From Callorhinchus milii (lineage: Eukaryota): a stretch of 64,000 nt of DNA. A model generated the notes under the pieces. That model saw only the letters and a program-made list of their open reading frames with translations. It was not told where the DNA came from and ran no database searches. Below, piece by piece: positions 51,216-63,938 of the stretch. Position 1 is the first letter of the stretch, and each line of letters begins with the position of its first letter. Position numbers and translations under genes: made by a program. The DNA lies in the NCBI RefSeq assembly GCF_018977255.1, contig NW_024704745.1:21638001-21702000 (forward strand), in the 5' to 3' direction.

Positions 51216-54200
51216 AGATTTATAGTAACTTCATAAAATATTGCTTAAATAAGCTCTTGTACAATACTTTTGTTTGGTCAGTTAGCATATGCAAAAATCC
51301 AACATAATCTGCTTATTAGTTGATTGCCGAATTGCTTTCCGGGGTAATAATCCATTCAAAATAATAATAATAATGTGCTTAACAATACTGGCTTGGTATC
51401 AGTGTTCGGGATGGGAGTCGAAGAGAGTGGGAGGGGAAAGACGAGCTAAAGCGCAGTCAAAGAGGTAGGTCTTGAGACAATGGCGGGGTTGGATGTTGAG
51501 CAAGGGAGAAGGGGGTAATGAACATATGCGCAGTTGAAAGTCTTCTAGTAGGATTTAAAGATAAAAAAGGGAGCAAATAAGAGAGATTGGGGCAGGGAGC
51601 TCTAGAAATAAGGGCATGATCGTATTCCCATCATACTCACTCACCCCTTCAGACAGAGGTACCACATCATTTCATCTTATATAGACATCCTGAGTGACCT
51701 ACAGCAATCAAGAATTTGTAATCATTTCTCTGAACCACCCATAGCATCCCTACCATTATAGCTGAGCTCAGCATATGTCACACATATCATCCTTTCAGTC
51801 TCATAAAATAGTGCTGCAAATGCAGAACACGTCTTTCAATAAGGGGAAAGAAAAAGTTATGTTTCACATACATCCCTTCCTCAAATACGATGATGGTAAC
51901 TGTCATATTTTTAATCTCCACCTTTCTGTCTGTATAGCTGAGAACCTCATAATTGATGTATCAATTCACTTAACCTTTACAGATTAGCTATAAACACAAG
52001 TCTATTTTACCAACATAAGTCTACAAATCCAAGAATGGAGAGTATGGTTTCAATCTGTTCCAGTTAAGCGGATAAAGCAGTTGCTGGGTGTTGGAACATC
52101 ACAATGGACATCCACTTGTGGGATTCTGTGCCAGTGAATTCTTATACCAGAGTGAATTTGCGTTGGTCAGCTGTTACCCTGGAGCAAGGAAAGTGCTATT
52201 CTACTCATGCCACATTTCAATGGCTTGTCTTCTGTACTAATTTGGCACAGATTAAGACTAATACTAGTGATGCCAAATAAGAAAAAGTTTGGGATTCAAA
52301 ATCCGGACTATATCACTCTCAACCATAAATTTCCAGAAAGCCATTCTCTTTAATTAGTCCCATGGTGCCCATTTGATGTTTTATTGAGGAAACCCTTTCA
52401 CAGTTGAGGATCAGCAAGGCACAAAGCATATGAATGATGAAATAGCATTACCTATTGTTGCAGCAAGTATTACAAATTGTTCATTTATTGTAACACAATG
52501 GCGGATTGGACACCGAGAGAAGTGAGAGGAAGGTGACAGTCTCGAGGGGGGATTTAACTGAATTAACTCAGTTCGCGCTTCTGCATTCACTGACTGAGTG
52601 AATGCAGAAAGGAAATAACAAATATTAATAATTTGGCTTTTCTCTTCCCATTTTTAAATGTATTTTATTCTTCTCTGTATAAAGAATGAGTTATGAAAAT
52701 GAGCTGTTACTCAAATACCTTTTGTGTTTTCTGGATCCAACTTCTTAGTGGTAAAGACAGCCAAGCAACACCCATTTCATTTTCTCACCCTCACAGTAGT
52801 TAGATATCTGGTCATTAAATACCAGCTCAATGTCCCTTCCCACCATTCCAATAATAACACCAAGATCTGGAACTGACTATATGGGAACATTCTGGAGGAT
52901 ATGTACAGTCTGTTTTATCACCCTCTGGACACATTGTGTCTGTTACATAATTAGCCATATACAAAAGTTAACAGGTTATGTTTTATATAATAATGATTTT
53001 TGGTTCATTGTATTGAGAAATAATATTTATGTTTAATTCACACTGTATTTTGGTTAGACTTTTACAAGGGTTTTTGATTAGGATGAAAGTTAATGCCAGC
53101 CTCTGCATAAATTTGAATCTTCTTCTAAAGGGTTAACATAATAAAACTCAAAATCTTACTTACTATACAGACATATAGAATAATATCCAGCCTGACAAAG
53201 TGATTGCTTTGTTTTACAGCACAATTTACCAGTCTTCAGAAGCTTGGCACAAAGATTTTTCATTGAATGGGACTGGAGCCACTGCATCAGCTCACAAGCA
53301 GCAATCCTAATCTTAACAACCACACTGCTGGGAAAAAGCAATTTCAATAAAAGAAACCAAACCTTTTATATAGATAAGAAACTTTGCACCTGCTAAACAC
53401 TTTGTAGAAAGCTCTCATTTCCTGTACACTATTAGCCAAGAAGAAATTCCCACCATTAATTTGTCAGTTTTTATTCCTGAGTGGTCAGCGGCTTGGGACG
53501 TCCTCCCGACATGAAAGGCGCTACACAAATGTAATCTTGTTGTTGTTGTCTGGGGTTTCAGGGGTCTTTGTACACTGGGAAGCTATTACATTTACAATCT
53601 TTTTCAATAAAATCTGTTTACTAGACACCAATACTACCTACATAGCCCTCTTTAATCTGGTCAATTTTGTTGATTCTGCCTCAGCACTTCTTTTAGTGAC
53701 AACTTAAGTGTTCAATTTTTAACCTGTCATTTTATCACCACACTTGTCAGTACTCCTATATCCTCATCAGATATCTCTGAGGAATATAGCTCTCTGTCCA
53801 GATTTTCCCCATTTTATTTTTTCTGTCCAAATGTAATTGTGAATATACCAGGGGGAAAAAAAATCTAACAGAAAATGCACTAAAGATATATCTGAAAGAG
53901 AAAGTCAGTTCAACATTGTTGCTGTGATGCTTCATCAATGGCCAAAACTAGGACTCTTGGACATTGAAGAAAAATATCTCAGAGAAGACTTTAGAGGTAA
54001 TGCATATAGGAAGCTAATTTGGATAAAGTAAATCCAGAACAATATTTTCAGATACCACAAGGGAGCAGGACAAGAGAGCCAAGGCTTAGGGTCACCAGAA
54101 AATATTTATTTTTATAGAAGACAATTAACAGTTGGAGCAAGTAACCAGAAAGGGGAATAGGGGTGCAATGCTGGGCTGGTGAGAAACAGCTTGATGTTGG

Positions 54201-54635
54201 AATAGCAGGATGGTGTTGCAATGTGATCAAACAAGCCAGAGGTTTTTTGTCTGTACAGTTTTAGTTATACCTCAGATCTGAAACTTTTAACCTCTCCGTT
54301 TCCAGCACTGATTAGCTTGATGGGCATCTCTAGCATTGTGCTTTTATTTCAGACTAGCTGTACCCGTTGCAGCTACGCTTGCAACCAAAGGATCCAACAT
54401 GGAATGTGGATTGACCACAGACAGGCATTTCACCTTTACCTATACTCATTGGGAAGGACTCCTTTTCGGGAAGATTCAATGGGAGAACTCTGCACTTTTT
54501 TGTTATTGCCATGGCTTAGCTTTGTCTGTTTCTTTATTTTATTCCTGCTGCTTGGCTACGTGCACGCTCTGTGACGCAGGATACCACAGCGCCACGGTCA
54601 GCCAGTGCAGCTACCAGGTGTAACTGCAGTGTATA

Positions 54636-55109
54636 CCCGTACCAAACTCCACTCCCCGATTACCCCAGTCCTTGCCAGACTGCACTTGCTGCCTGTCCCA
54701 GAGAGGATCGATTTCAAGATCCTCACTCTTATTTTCAAATCCCTCCACTCCTCTGCACCTCCCCCACCCCCCCCATCTCTCTGACCTCCTCTCTCCTTAC
54801 AACAGTTTCCGTTGCCTTCGCTCCACCGGGTCTGGCCTCCTCCATGTCCCCCAAGTCCTCCACTCCACCATCGACGGCCGTGCCTTCAGCCACTACGCCC
54901 CAAGGCTCTGGAACTCCCTTCCTCACTCCCTTCGCCTCACCCCCTCTTCCTACTTTCACATCTCGGCCAAAGACCTTTCTTTTCGACCGCGCCTTTGGTC
55001 ACCTTCTTCCCCCTCCCCCTGGATCAGCCCCAGGATCCGTTACTGTGAAGCGCTCTGAAACGCCGTCCAGCGTGGAGGGCGCTATATAAATCCAAGTCGT
55101 TGTTGTTGT
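54636..55109 (+). mobile_element. LINE-2 3' fragment
   Basis: GGATCGATTTCAAGATCCTC…CTCTGGAACTCCCT…GGGCGCTATATAAATCCAAG(TTG)n. Confidence 0.9.
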
Positions 55110-55989
55110 GTGCGTACATACGTAGATGTTCTGTGACGCATGATGCCACAGTGCCACTTTGACTTGGCAGCCACCAGGTGTAACTACAGTGAAAAATGCA
55201 AAACTGAAAATAACTCATGAACTATAGGAGATACCCAAAAACAGATGCAAGACCATTCCAATGAGGTATAAATCATGTCTCTACATCAATCGGTTATTGA
55301 GATCCTTCTTGAAGCGTAGACAGACATTGTTGTTTTATTAGTGTGTGTATATATATATGTGATAGAAGATAGATTTACTTGTAATTGATAAAAGTAAATG
55401 GTTTCCTTCCACGCTTTCACTCATGTACATATAAAGTGTTTTTTAAATCTAATGTTTACTATAACACTGACAAAGCTAATAACAGTTATTTTCCTATTGT
55501 TTCTCTAGCTCTTTGCCTCTTGCTATGTTTAATTTGGTTTCTGGGTTTGTTTTATTATTTTGATTCATTGTTTTCCACTAAACTGCTACAAAATGAAGAT
55601 ATCTCTAGCTCTTTCTCTGTGCCTTGAACTCTTCCTCAGAGAACTTACTGGGATGTACAATCCACAAGTTTCATTGGTAATATTACAATTCTCATGGCTC
55701 TCTCAAAGACACAGGTAGGAGTTAATGGGTTATCCCCATCACTCATGACAATGCTGCATTTACATTTAATTTTACTGTAGGAAAAATCTAGTCTCAAACT
55801 CAAGTGCAAAACATGTTCTCTAATTTGCATGCATGTGCAGTCATAGACAATTCATGACAGATTTCAGCAACAACAACAACTTGGATTTATATAGCGCCCT
55901 CCCGCCGGATGGCATCTCAGAGCGCTGGTTCACTGACATACAGTGCGCTTCCAAGCTGAGAATCATTGTGCCACCAAGGTAGCTTAACT

Positions 55990-56260
55990 CAATAATAATA
56001 AATTGTTTTGTATTTGATATAGGTGGCTAGAATGCTGAAAAGTCTTAAAAGTGCCGTACAGTAGTTCCTATTAAGTGTAGCGACATATTTGTAGGCAAAC
56101 GCAGCAGCCAGTTTGCACACAGCTCTGGCCCATAAACAATCCATAGGTGAATGATAAATTGAACTGGAGGGCACCAGGAGAAACTCTCCTCTTTTGAAAT
56201 AGTGTTATGTATATTCAACGCCCAGCTGAACAAACAGACAGGATCTCGGTTTAACATCTA
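55990..56260 (-). mobile_element. Old Deu-SINE fragment
   Basis: GCAGCCAGTTTGCACACAGC…CACCAGGAGAAACTC…CTCGGTTTAACATCT. Confidence 0.7.
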
Positions 56261-56636
56261 GTTACTGCTGAGTCAATTTGAACATTTAGCCAAGAGAAAC
56301 CCATTGAGAAAAAGCTTGTGGCAATCTCCCAGAACTCTGTATGTTGTACATGAATTCTGACAGTCTTAAAAGTGTTTTATAAGTTCCTACTGCGGACAAC
56401 AATGGGATTCCAGACAATAAAACTAAGCAAAAAGGAAATCCTGTGCTGCCACCTAATGAAGTTTTTCAGAATTTCACCATTCTCATACAAATGCTTCTCA
56501 GAATTTACTTCCTTATATGGAACTCAAATGACTATTATTTGCTCATGGATTAGTCTCAATATGTAATATAGATGGTCAGTTTTATTTCTTAGCGAGCTGT
56601 GACTGATTGTCACTCCATTAGGTAAAATTCACATCT

Positions 56637-56726
56637 AATTAATTAATATATAAATGTATATAAAAAATGTGCAGATTTTTAATTAAATATATAAATGTAT
56701 ACAAATAATGTATATATAAATGTATG
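56637..56726. repeat. AT-rich short tandem duplication (ATATATAAATGTAT x3)
   Basis: Direct inspection. Confidence 0.75.
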
Positions 56727-57119
56727 AATCAATATTCTCTATCTGTCTTTAAATCCCACCTTAAACCCTGCTAGGCACCCCAACCAGTTCCAGCTTCCCA
56801 AACAGAAATGAAGTTGAATTTGGTCTTAAATTTCAATAACAATAGAGCCGTACAACTCAAAAAGAATCTTCCAGGGTCACTTGGAAAGTGTGCAGTGAAC
56901 TGAGAGTTGATAGCTCTACTAATGGTTAGCAACTGCTCAAGCCAGCCCCTGTGAGCTAAGACTCAATATCTTAATGAAATTATGCTTTATACCCACTTAA
57001 ACCTCGATATTACTCTATAAATTACTGAACCAGGTTGCACCCTAAGATTTACTACCACTGTTGCACTGAAATCCAGGAATATGGGTGGGTTAACATTGTT
57101 TCAATACATTTACTATATA

Positions 57120-57398
57120 TACGCCTCCGCTCGACTGGCACCGGCCTGCTGCTTGTCCCTCGCACCCTCCGCCCCACCATTGGAGGTTGTGCTTTCAGTC
57201 ACTGTGCCCTGAAACTCTGGAACTCCCTCAATCTCTCTCTTCCCTTTTTCAAGTCCCGCCTGAAAACCTTCCTCTTCGACCATGCTTACAGCCACCACCC
57301 CCACCCTCGCCCCCGGCTCGGAGTCAGGCTCCGCCACTGTTAAGTGCTCTGAAATGCTATCCTGGGTGGAGGGCGCCATATAAGTGCAAGTTGTTGAT
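57120..57398 (+). mobile_element. L2 3' fragment
   Basis: CCACCATTGGAGGTTGTGCTTTCAG…GGGCGCCATATAAGTGCAAGTTGTTG. Confidence 0.85.
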
Positions 57399-58285
57399 GT
57401 CAGGACATTTCAAATTTACACAGTTGGGTAACGCAAAAAAATGCACTTCACCAGCAAAAAAGTCTGACTTAAAATCTATATTTTTATCATACAGTTGGAA
57501 TTGATTATAATGTACCCTGGCATAGCACAGCTCTGTTCATAAAGCGGGGATATCATGGATCCAGTGATATACTTCTAGCATCAGCCTCTTACTGGCCGGC
57601 TTGTTATTGCAAGTGCACAAATGCAGAAGGCCTTCCGGCACGGCACCTGGCTATGCCATAGCAACTGCTGGAAATGAAATGCATGGAGAATGACGTCAGT
57701 GGCCATCTAATAACCCAGAAGCACTGAACCGTCCAGACATTTCTACAGGGCACCCAAGTTAAAACAGGATTGATTTTATAGACCTAAAACACTACGTTAC
57801 AACTGGATCTGATTATTATATATATAATATATATCCAATAAAAACATCACTGAATTTAAATCTGAAAGTTCAATGGTTTCCAATGTTGTGCTTATAGCCA
57901 AGGACAAAGTGAAAAGCATATCTGTGCTGCCTGAACTCAATGGCTGGGCCATAATTACAAACAGGGAATTTAGCTAATTTGCGTAAATGAAAAGCGAAGC
58001 CACATTCAAATTAATTTGCCAGATGTTCTGTAGAATGGGTTTTGTTCCTAATATACTATGCAAACGTGCTTGTCAATATGTAAGCCAATGAAATCACAAC
58101 TTGCATTTGCTTAGTAAATATACCATGCCAGTGAGGATGGGGATGGACCAATGACTGCACTCAGCTTTGCATGTTCTGGACTACTGCTATATTTGGGGAG
58201 GTTTCCTTCAGAGCTTTTTACAATATCTCCAGCACCACCACCTGTATGTGAAAGGTATAGCAAGTTGACTTTTATGTCAAAAGGC

Positions 58286-58365
58286 AAAATACTGCATATG
58301 CTGGAAATCTGAAACAAAAACAGAAGTCGCTGGGAATCAGCTCGATGACCTTTCATCAGAACTGG
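58286..58365. mobile_element. Penelope-type repeat fragment with a hammerhead core relic
   Basis: AAAATACTGCATATGCTGGAAATCTGAAACAAAAACAGAA; the minus strand reads CTGATGAAAGGTCATCGAGCTGA. Confidence 0.65.
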
Positions 58366-59130
58366 TCAGTCATATAGTCCTGAGACTATATAAAAGTCTT
58401 TCAAACCTTTACATTATTTGGTTTAGTCAATGTAAGCTTTGTTCACAGAACCCAACAGGCTCATTGCCAAATTTTACATGAATCCAAAACAATCTCTTTA
58501 AAAATAGCTACAAACAAGAAATACTTCACCTAAGAACATTTTCTTAAAAAACAGAAAATATCAGTCAGTTTTCAAAAATGACATTTGACATGTTTAGGGT
58601 CAAGTTCTTGCTTTTCTATGAGGAATGAATGACCTAGTCTCTACTCAGTGTTTCTCCTCCTCTCAGTTTTCTCCCTCATCTTACTGTAATTTACTGTAAC
58701 TGAACACAGAAGATACCCCAAAATAACTGTAAAGCAATAAATGAGCGGATAGTGGCTTATAACTGCCACATAAAGCTGAATAATAAATTAGTTTACTACA
58801 TTCTCTTGCATCCCTGAGTTACCTCCAAAGTACAAGTTCAACTTTATAAGAATATTATTTCTATGCACATAAACACATTTCCTGCTCTTGAGCAAATAAA
58901 CCTTCACAAAACAGCATTTATAAGTGATCCATTTGCAGAATTATATTGAAAATAGCTTATTAGTTGATCAGGAATTTACGCATCAAGCATTTACAAGTCA
59001 ATTATCATCAACGTGACACAGTAATTGTGACTAAATTGTTAGTTTGTGGAGACACATTTTGAGATACTAAACATTTGTATTTAATGAGGGCACAATGCAG
59101 CTGTTGATCATAGAAAATATAATTCTATGG

Positions 59131-59156
59131 TACAGTGTCACCACTAGAGGGCAAAA
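59131..59156 (+). promoter_or_regulatory. Candidate CTCF site
   Basis: CACCACTAGAGGGCAAA matches the CTCF core CCACYAGRGGGC, preceded by TACAGT resembling the upstream motif. Confidence 0.6.
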
Positions 59157-59562
59157 CACATCAATAAATACACTGGTCCATAAAAAATGAGGAGTCCTCA
59201 CTTACGCAGGATGGTTCAGTAATATTTTTCCACAAATCTTTTCAGTCAACCATTAAACCTAGTTTTCCATTACCCAAGTGCTGGTTTATTTATGCTAGTG
59301 AAACAACATTAGAAATCCATACTGCAGCAAAGCTACTTTTTCTGTGGTGGGTGGGAGTCAGAAAGAGTGAAATGCATGAAGTGAAAAAAAATTCAACAAT
59401 GCCAGGGTTGCCTTTCCACATCTCAGGATAAGAAACCCAAAGGCACTGTCCATGTCTACAGGTTAATCACTCCCAGCCCTAACTGAAGATTTTTTTTTAT
59501 ATACATAATAAACTGTTTACTCCCCCTCCCTTCCATTGGTCTTCAAAAGCCACCTACTCCGT

Positions 59563-59870
59563 GGAGTCCTGTAGCTCAGTGGTTAGAGCACTCGCTTTGC
59601 AAGCGAGAGATCTGGGTTCGATTCCTGGAGGGCGAACCCTTGGGTAAGTTTCCTTACTCCACACGCCTGATAATAATCCCTCAAAAAAAAACAATAATAA
59701 ATTGGTCATTTCAATCCAGGACTGTTTGTGGGACACTGTTGTGTGCAATTGGCTGCTGCATTTTGCCCACAAATGTACAGAAAATTCACTTTAAGGTATA
59801 TTCTGTGAAGTGCTTTGAGACGTCTAGAAAACGTGAAAAGCGCTACATCAAATGCAAGGATTATTATTTA
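59563..59870 (+). mobile_element. SINE short subfamily, full length, intact Pol III boxes
   Basis: A box TAGCTCAGTGG, perfect B box GGTTCGATTCC, body and tail. Confidence 0.92.
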
Positions 59871-60559
59871 CCTAAAAAACTACCTCTTAGATTATGCCTA
59901 CAGTTACTTACTTCCCTCCTCACTCCATCTCGATACCTAGTAGTGTGCTCCAACACCCTCTCTACACGAAGGGCACTTGTATAGATGCATGTTGTAATCA
60001 CTGAGCTAAATCAGTCTCCTTTTTTTAAAAAAAAACTTCATTACTTTTAAGCACAATTGTTTAAGTCATCTTGCATGTTCCAAAAAATCCTGTATTAAAT
60101 ATCACCATTGAGTAATGTGACAAATGATGCGACTCACAATTGGAGCTTTGGGCAAAAAAGATGACGAGTTTGTTATCAAGATTAGAAATTTGGCTCCGCG
60201 CCTCCTGTCTGCTCTCAAACCACATCCATTCTGCTTGACTGAGTAGTCCAGCGGAGATTCCCATTGTCATCTCCATCCATAGGATTCTTCATGACATTTC
60301 TCCTCAGAACCAGGGATGAGAATGGGAAGTTAATGGAATGAGGAACCGAACTTGCCCATTTCAAATGCTAACCCTGATGTTCACCTATTTAGGCAAAGGT
60401 TGGGTCAAATTATCCCTTCAATCAAAACAGATGGTGTATATAAGATCCTCTGGGTTTTCAAAACTTCTCTAAATGCCTGAATAAACCCCATTTTGATGAG
60501 GAGTGTGACTTTTTCAGCCAAACCTATCTGATGTGGATCTGGCATGAAAGGTTACTTCG

Positions 60560-61691
60560 CAGGTCTTACCTTTCACGCCGCCTCCACTTCGTCGCAGCAA
60601 ACGGCTTCTCCTCCAGCCCCCGCACCATCTTGTGCGGTGTTCCTCAGGGCTCTGTCCTCAGTCCCCTCCTCTTCACCCTCTACATGCTCCCCTTGGTGAC
60701 ATCATCCGCAGACACAGGGTAAATTTCCACATGTATGCGGACGACACCCAACTATCTCTCTGCTTCCACCCTCAACTCCAGAACTACTGGCGTCCCTACC
60801 GACTGCCTTTCTGACATCAAGTCCTGGACGAGCGAAAACTTTCTCCAACTCAACGTCAGCAAGACCGAAGCCCTTCTGATCGGCTCTCGCCAGCGCCTCT
60901 GCACCTCTGGCGCTGTCAGCATCAGTATCCACGGCTGCACACTCAACCTCACTAAGCCAGTCAGGAACCTGGGTGTCATGTTTGACCCTGAACTGTCCTT
61001 TCTCCCCCACATCCACGCCATGACCGGGACTGCCTACCACCACCTCCGCAACACTGCCAGACTCCACCACTGCCTCACCCCTCACCCGCCAAAACCCTTA
61101 TCCATGCATTCGTCACATCAAGGATCGATTACAGAAACTCCCTCCTCATCGGCCTTCCTTCATAGGCTGCAGATCATTCAAAACTCTGCAGCTTGTGTAC
61201 TCTCACGCACCAGGCTCCGTGACCCCATCACTTCCACCCTCGCCCGACTCCACTGGCTCCCCATCCCCAGAAGATCGAGTTCAAGATCCTTGTCCTCACT
61301 TTCAAGGCCATCCATGGCCTTACCCCAACCTACCTCTCTGACCTGCTGACTCTCTACCAACCTGCCCGCTCCCTCCATTCAGCGGGCTCCGGCCTTCTCC
61401 ATGTCTCCTGCCTGACCCGTCCTACCATCAGTGGCCCGGCTTTCAGCCTCTCTGCCCTCACACTCTGGTATTCCATTCCGTCCCTTCGCCTCGCTTCCTC
61501 CCTTGCCTCCTTCAAGGCCACTCTCAAGACCCTTCTCTTCGATCGTGCCTTTGGCCACCCTCCCACCTCTCTGCCTTCTCTCACCCCTACACCATCCCTG
61601 GGTCCTGACATCTGACTATTCAGCACTTTGGGACATCCTCCCAATGTGAAAGGCGCTCTATAAATGTAATTTTTGTTGTTATTTTGTTGTT
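60560..61691 (+). mobile_element. 5'-truncated LINE-2 (RT C-terminal half and 3' end)
   Basis: [42 protein letters not shown] across frameshifts; (TTG)n tail. Confidence 0.93.
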
Positions 61692-61859
61692 TACTAGTTC
61701 AGCACAAAACTGGTTGCATTTTTAAAGTACTTACCTTTGATTGCCCGATCAAAGGTTAGAGCTGCAGAAGAGAAGACATTGACAGAAGCCGAGGAGAATG
61801 GCTTCTGTTTTATCAATATTCAGCTGAGCTGTGGTAAGTTTGCGCTCATCCAGGTCTCC

Positions 61860-63938
61860 ACTGAAGAGCCAGGTGCGGGCCGCTGAATGCACCTGCCTCA
61901 AATCTGGCCTAACGGTCCACCAACAAATCTGGCTGGACCTCCTCAAAATCTATCGCTCCACTCTAGCCTCGGCCAAGTCGTCCTTCTACTCCAGGATAAT
62001 CCTGGAGGCGAAGAACAACCCCAGGCTTCTGTTTTCTACCACATCCCGACTCCTCCGTCCCCCCACCACCCCGAGCAACTCATCTCCTCCAACCTTCACT
62101 GCGAGGAAATGCTGGATTTCCTTGAATCCAAAATCAAGGGAATCCGCTCCGCGGTCACTCCCCCTCCAACTTCCACCCACCACCCACCCCTTCCCTCCCA
62201 CACTCCGACTCCTACCCATCCTCCCCTACACACCTTCGAACCCGTTTCCCCACCCTCTGTCACCAAACTCATCCTGTCCCTGAAACCCACCACCTGCTCC
62301 CTTGACCCCATCCCCACTCCTTATCTCCCAGCTCCACCTCCTTGCCCCACTTATCACAGCATCATCAACCTGTCCCTCTCCTCTGGCTCTGTTCCCATTC
62401 CCTAAAAACTGCCATCATCACTCCCACTTTGAAAAAACCCTCCCTTGATGCGTCGCAGCTATCAAGCTACCGGCCCATCTCCAACCTCCCCTTCCTGTCC
62501 AAGGTCCTTGAAAGAGTTGTCGCCTCCCAGCTGCGCTCTTTCCTCTCCACCCATTCATTATTCGAACCCCTTCAGTCAGGTTTCCGTGCTGCCCATAGCA
62601 CAGAAACCGCCCTGGTCAAGGTCACCAATGACATCTTGACCATCTGCGACCAGGGCTCCCTCTGCCTCCTCGACCTATCGGCAGCATTCGATACGGTCGA
62701 CCACGCTATCCTCCTCCACCGCTTGTCCTCCCACCTCAACCTTCAAGGCCCTGTCCTTGAGTGGTTTAGGTCGTACCTCTCCCACCGTCTTCATTTTGTT
62801 TCCACAAACGGCTTTTCCTCCAGCCCCCGCACTGTCTCGTGCGGTGTCCCTCAGGGCTCTGTCCTCGGTCCCCTCCTCTTCACCCTCTATATGCTCCCCC
62901 TTGGTGACATCATCCGCAGACATGGGGTTAACTTCCACATGTATGCGGATGACACCCAACTCTACCTTTCCTCCTCTACCCTCAACTCCACGACCACCGA
63001 TGTCCTGACAGCCTGCCTGTCCGACATCGAGTCCTGGACAAGAGACAACTTTCTTCAGCTCAACGTGCGTAAAACTGAGGCCCTCCTGATTGGCTCACGT
63101 CAGCGCCTCCGCACCTCAGGCGCTGACAGCATCAGCATCCAAGGCTGCACTCTCCACCTCTCAAAGCCGTCAGGAACCTCGGCGTTCTGTTCGACCCTGA
63201 GCTGTCCTTTCTTCCTCATATCCGCGCCACAACTGGCACCGCCTTCCTTCACCTCTGAAACATCGCCAGACTACGGCATTACCTCACCCCTCACGCTGCT
63301 GAAACACTGGTCCACCCCTTTATCACCTCAAGGCTGGACTATGGGAACTCTCTCCTCGCCGGCCTTCCCGGCACCTCCCTCCACAAGCTGCAGGTCATTC
63401 AGAACTCTGCAGCTCGTGTACTGTCCCGCACCAGGCTTCGGGACCACATCACTCCCACCCTCGCTCGCCTCCACTGGCTCCCCATCCCCCAGAGGATCGA
63501 ATTCAAGATCCTCATCCTCACCTACAAGGCCATTCACGGCCTTGCTCCCTCCTACCTCTCCGACCTACTATCCCCCGACTTACCTGCCCATACCTTCCGT
63601 TCCTCTGGCTCCGGTCTGCTCCATATCCCCCGCCCCAACCGCCCTACCATCGGTGGCCGGGCCTTCAGCCTCTCGGCCCCTAGGCTCTGGAACTCCATCC
63701 CCCAGTGCCTTTGCCTTGCTTCCTCCCTTTCTTCCTTCAAGGCCGGTCTCAAGACCTTTCTCTTTGACCGTGCCTTCAGCTCCCCTCTCGACTCTCTAGC
63801 CCCTCCCCGCTCCCTCCCTTCCCTCCCCTCCCCCTGACCATTTCCCCCCTGCTCGGGTCCTGACTCAACTGTCCAGTGCCTTGGGACGTCCTCCCGACGT
63901 GAAAGGCGCTCTATAAATGAAATCTTGCTCTTGTTGAT
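61860..63938 (+). mobile_element. 5'-truncated LINE-2 with a frameshifted ORF2 reverse transcriptase
   Basis: [55 protein letters not shown] and YADDTQLY motifs; several frameshifts; no endonuclease; pyrimidine-rich 3' UTR and stem-loop tail. Confidence 0.95.

Noticed and set aside
21357-56520. CArG boxes at 21357-21366, 23946-23955 and 56511-56520
   Set aside because: About four to five are expected by chance in 64 kb of this base composition, so there is no enrichment.
61745-61860. 5' inversion (twin priming) of the large L2
   Set aside because: The inverted piece (QLNIDKTEAILLG) corresponds to sequence already present downstream in the element and is more diverged, so it is better read as an older independent L2 fragment.
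62342-63799. 485-aa ORF as an intact RT gene or domesticated protein
   Set aside because: Only about the first 270 aa are RT; a frameshift near 63165 sends the rest out of frame, the upstream part is in other frames and the endonuclease is missing.
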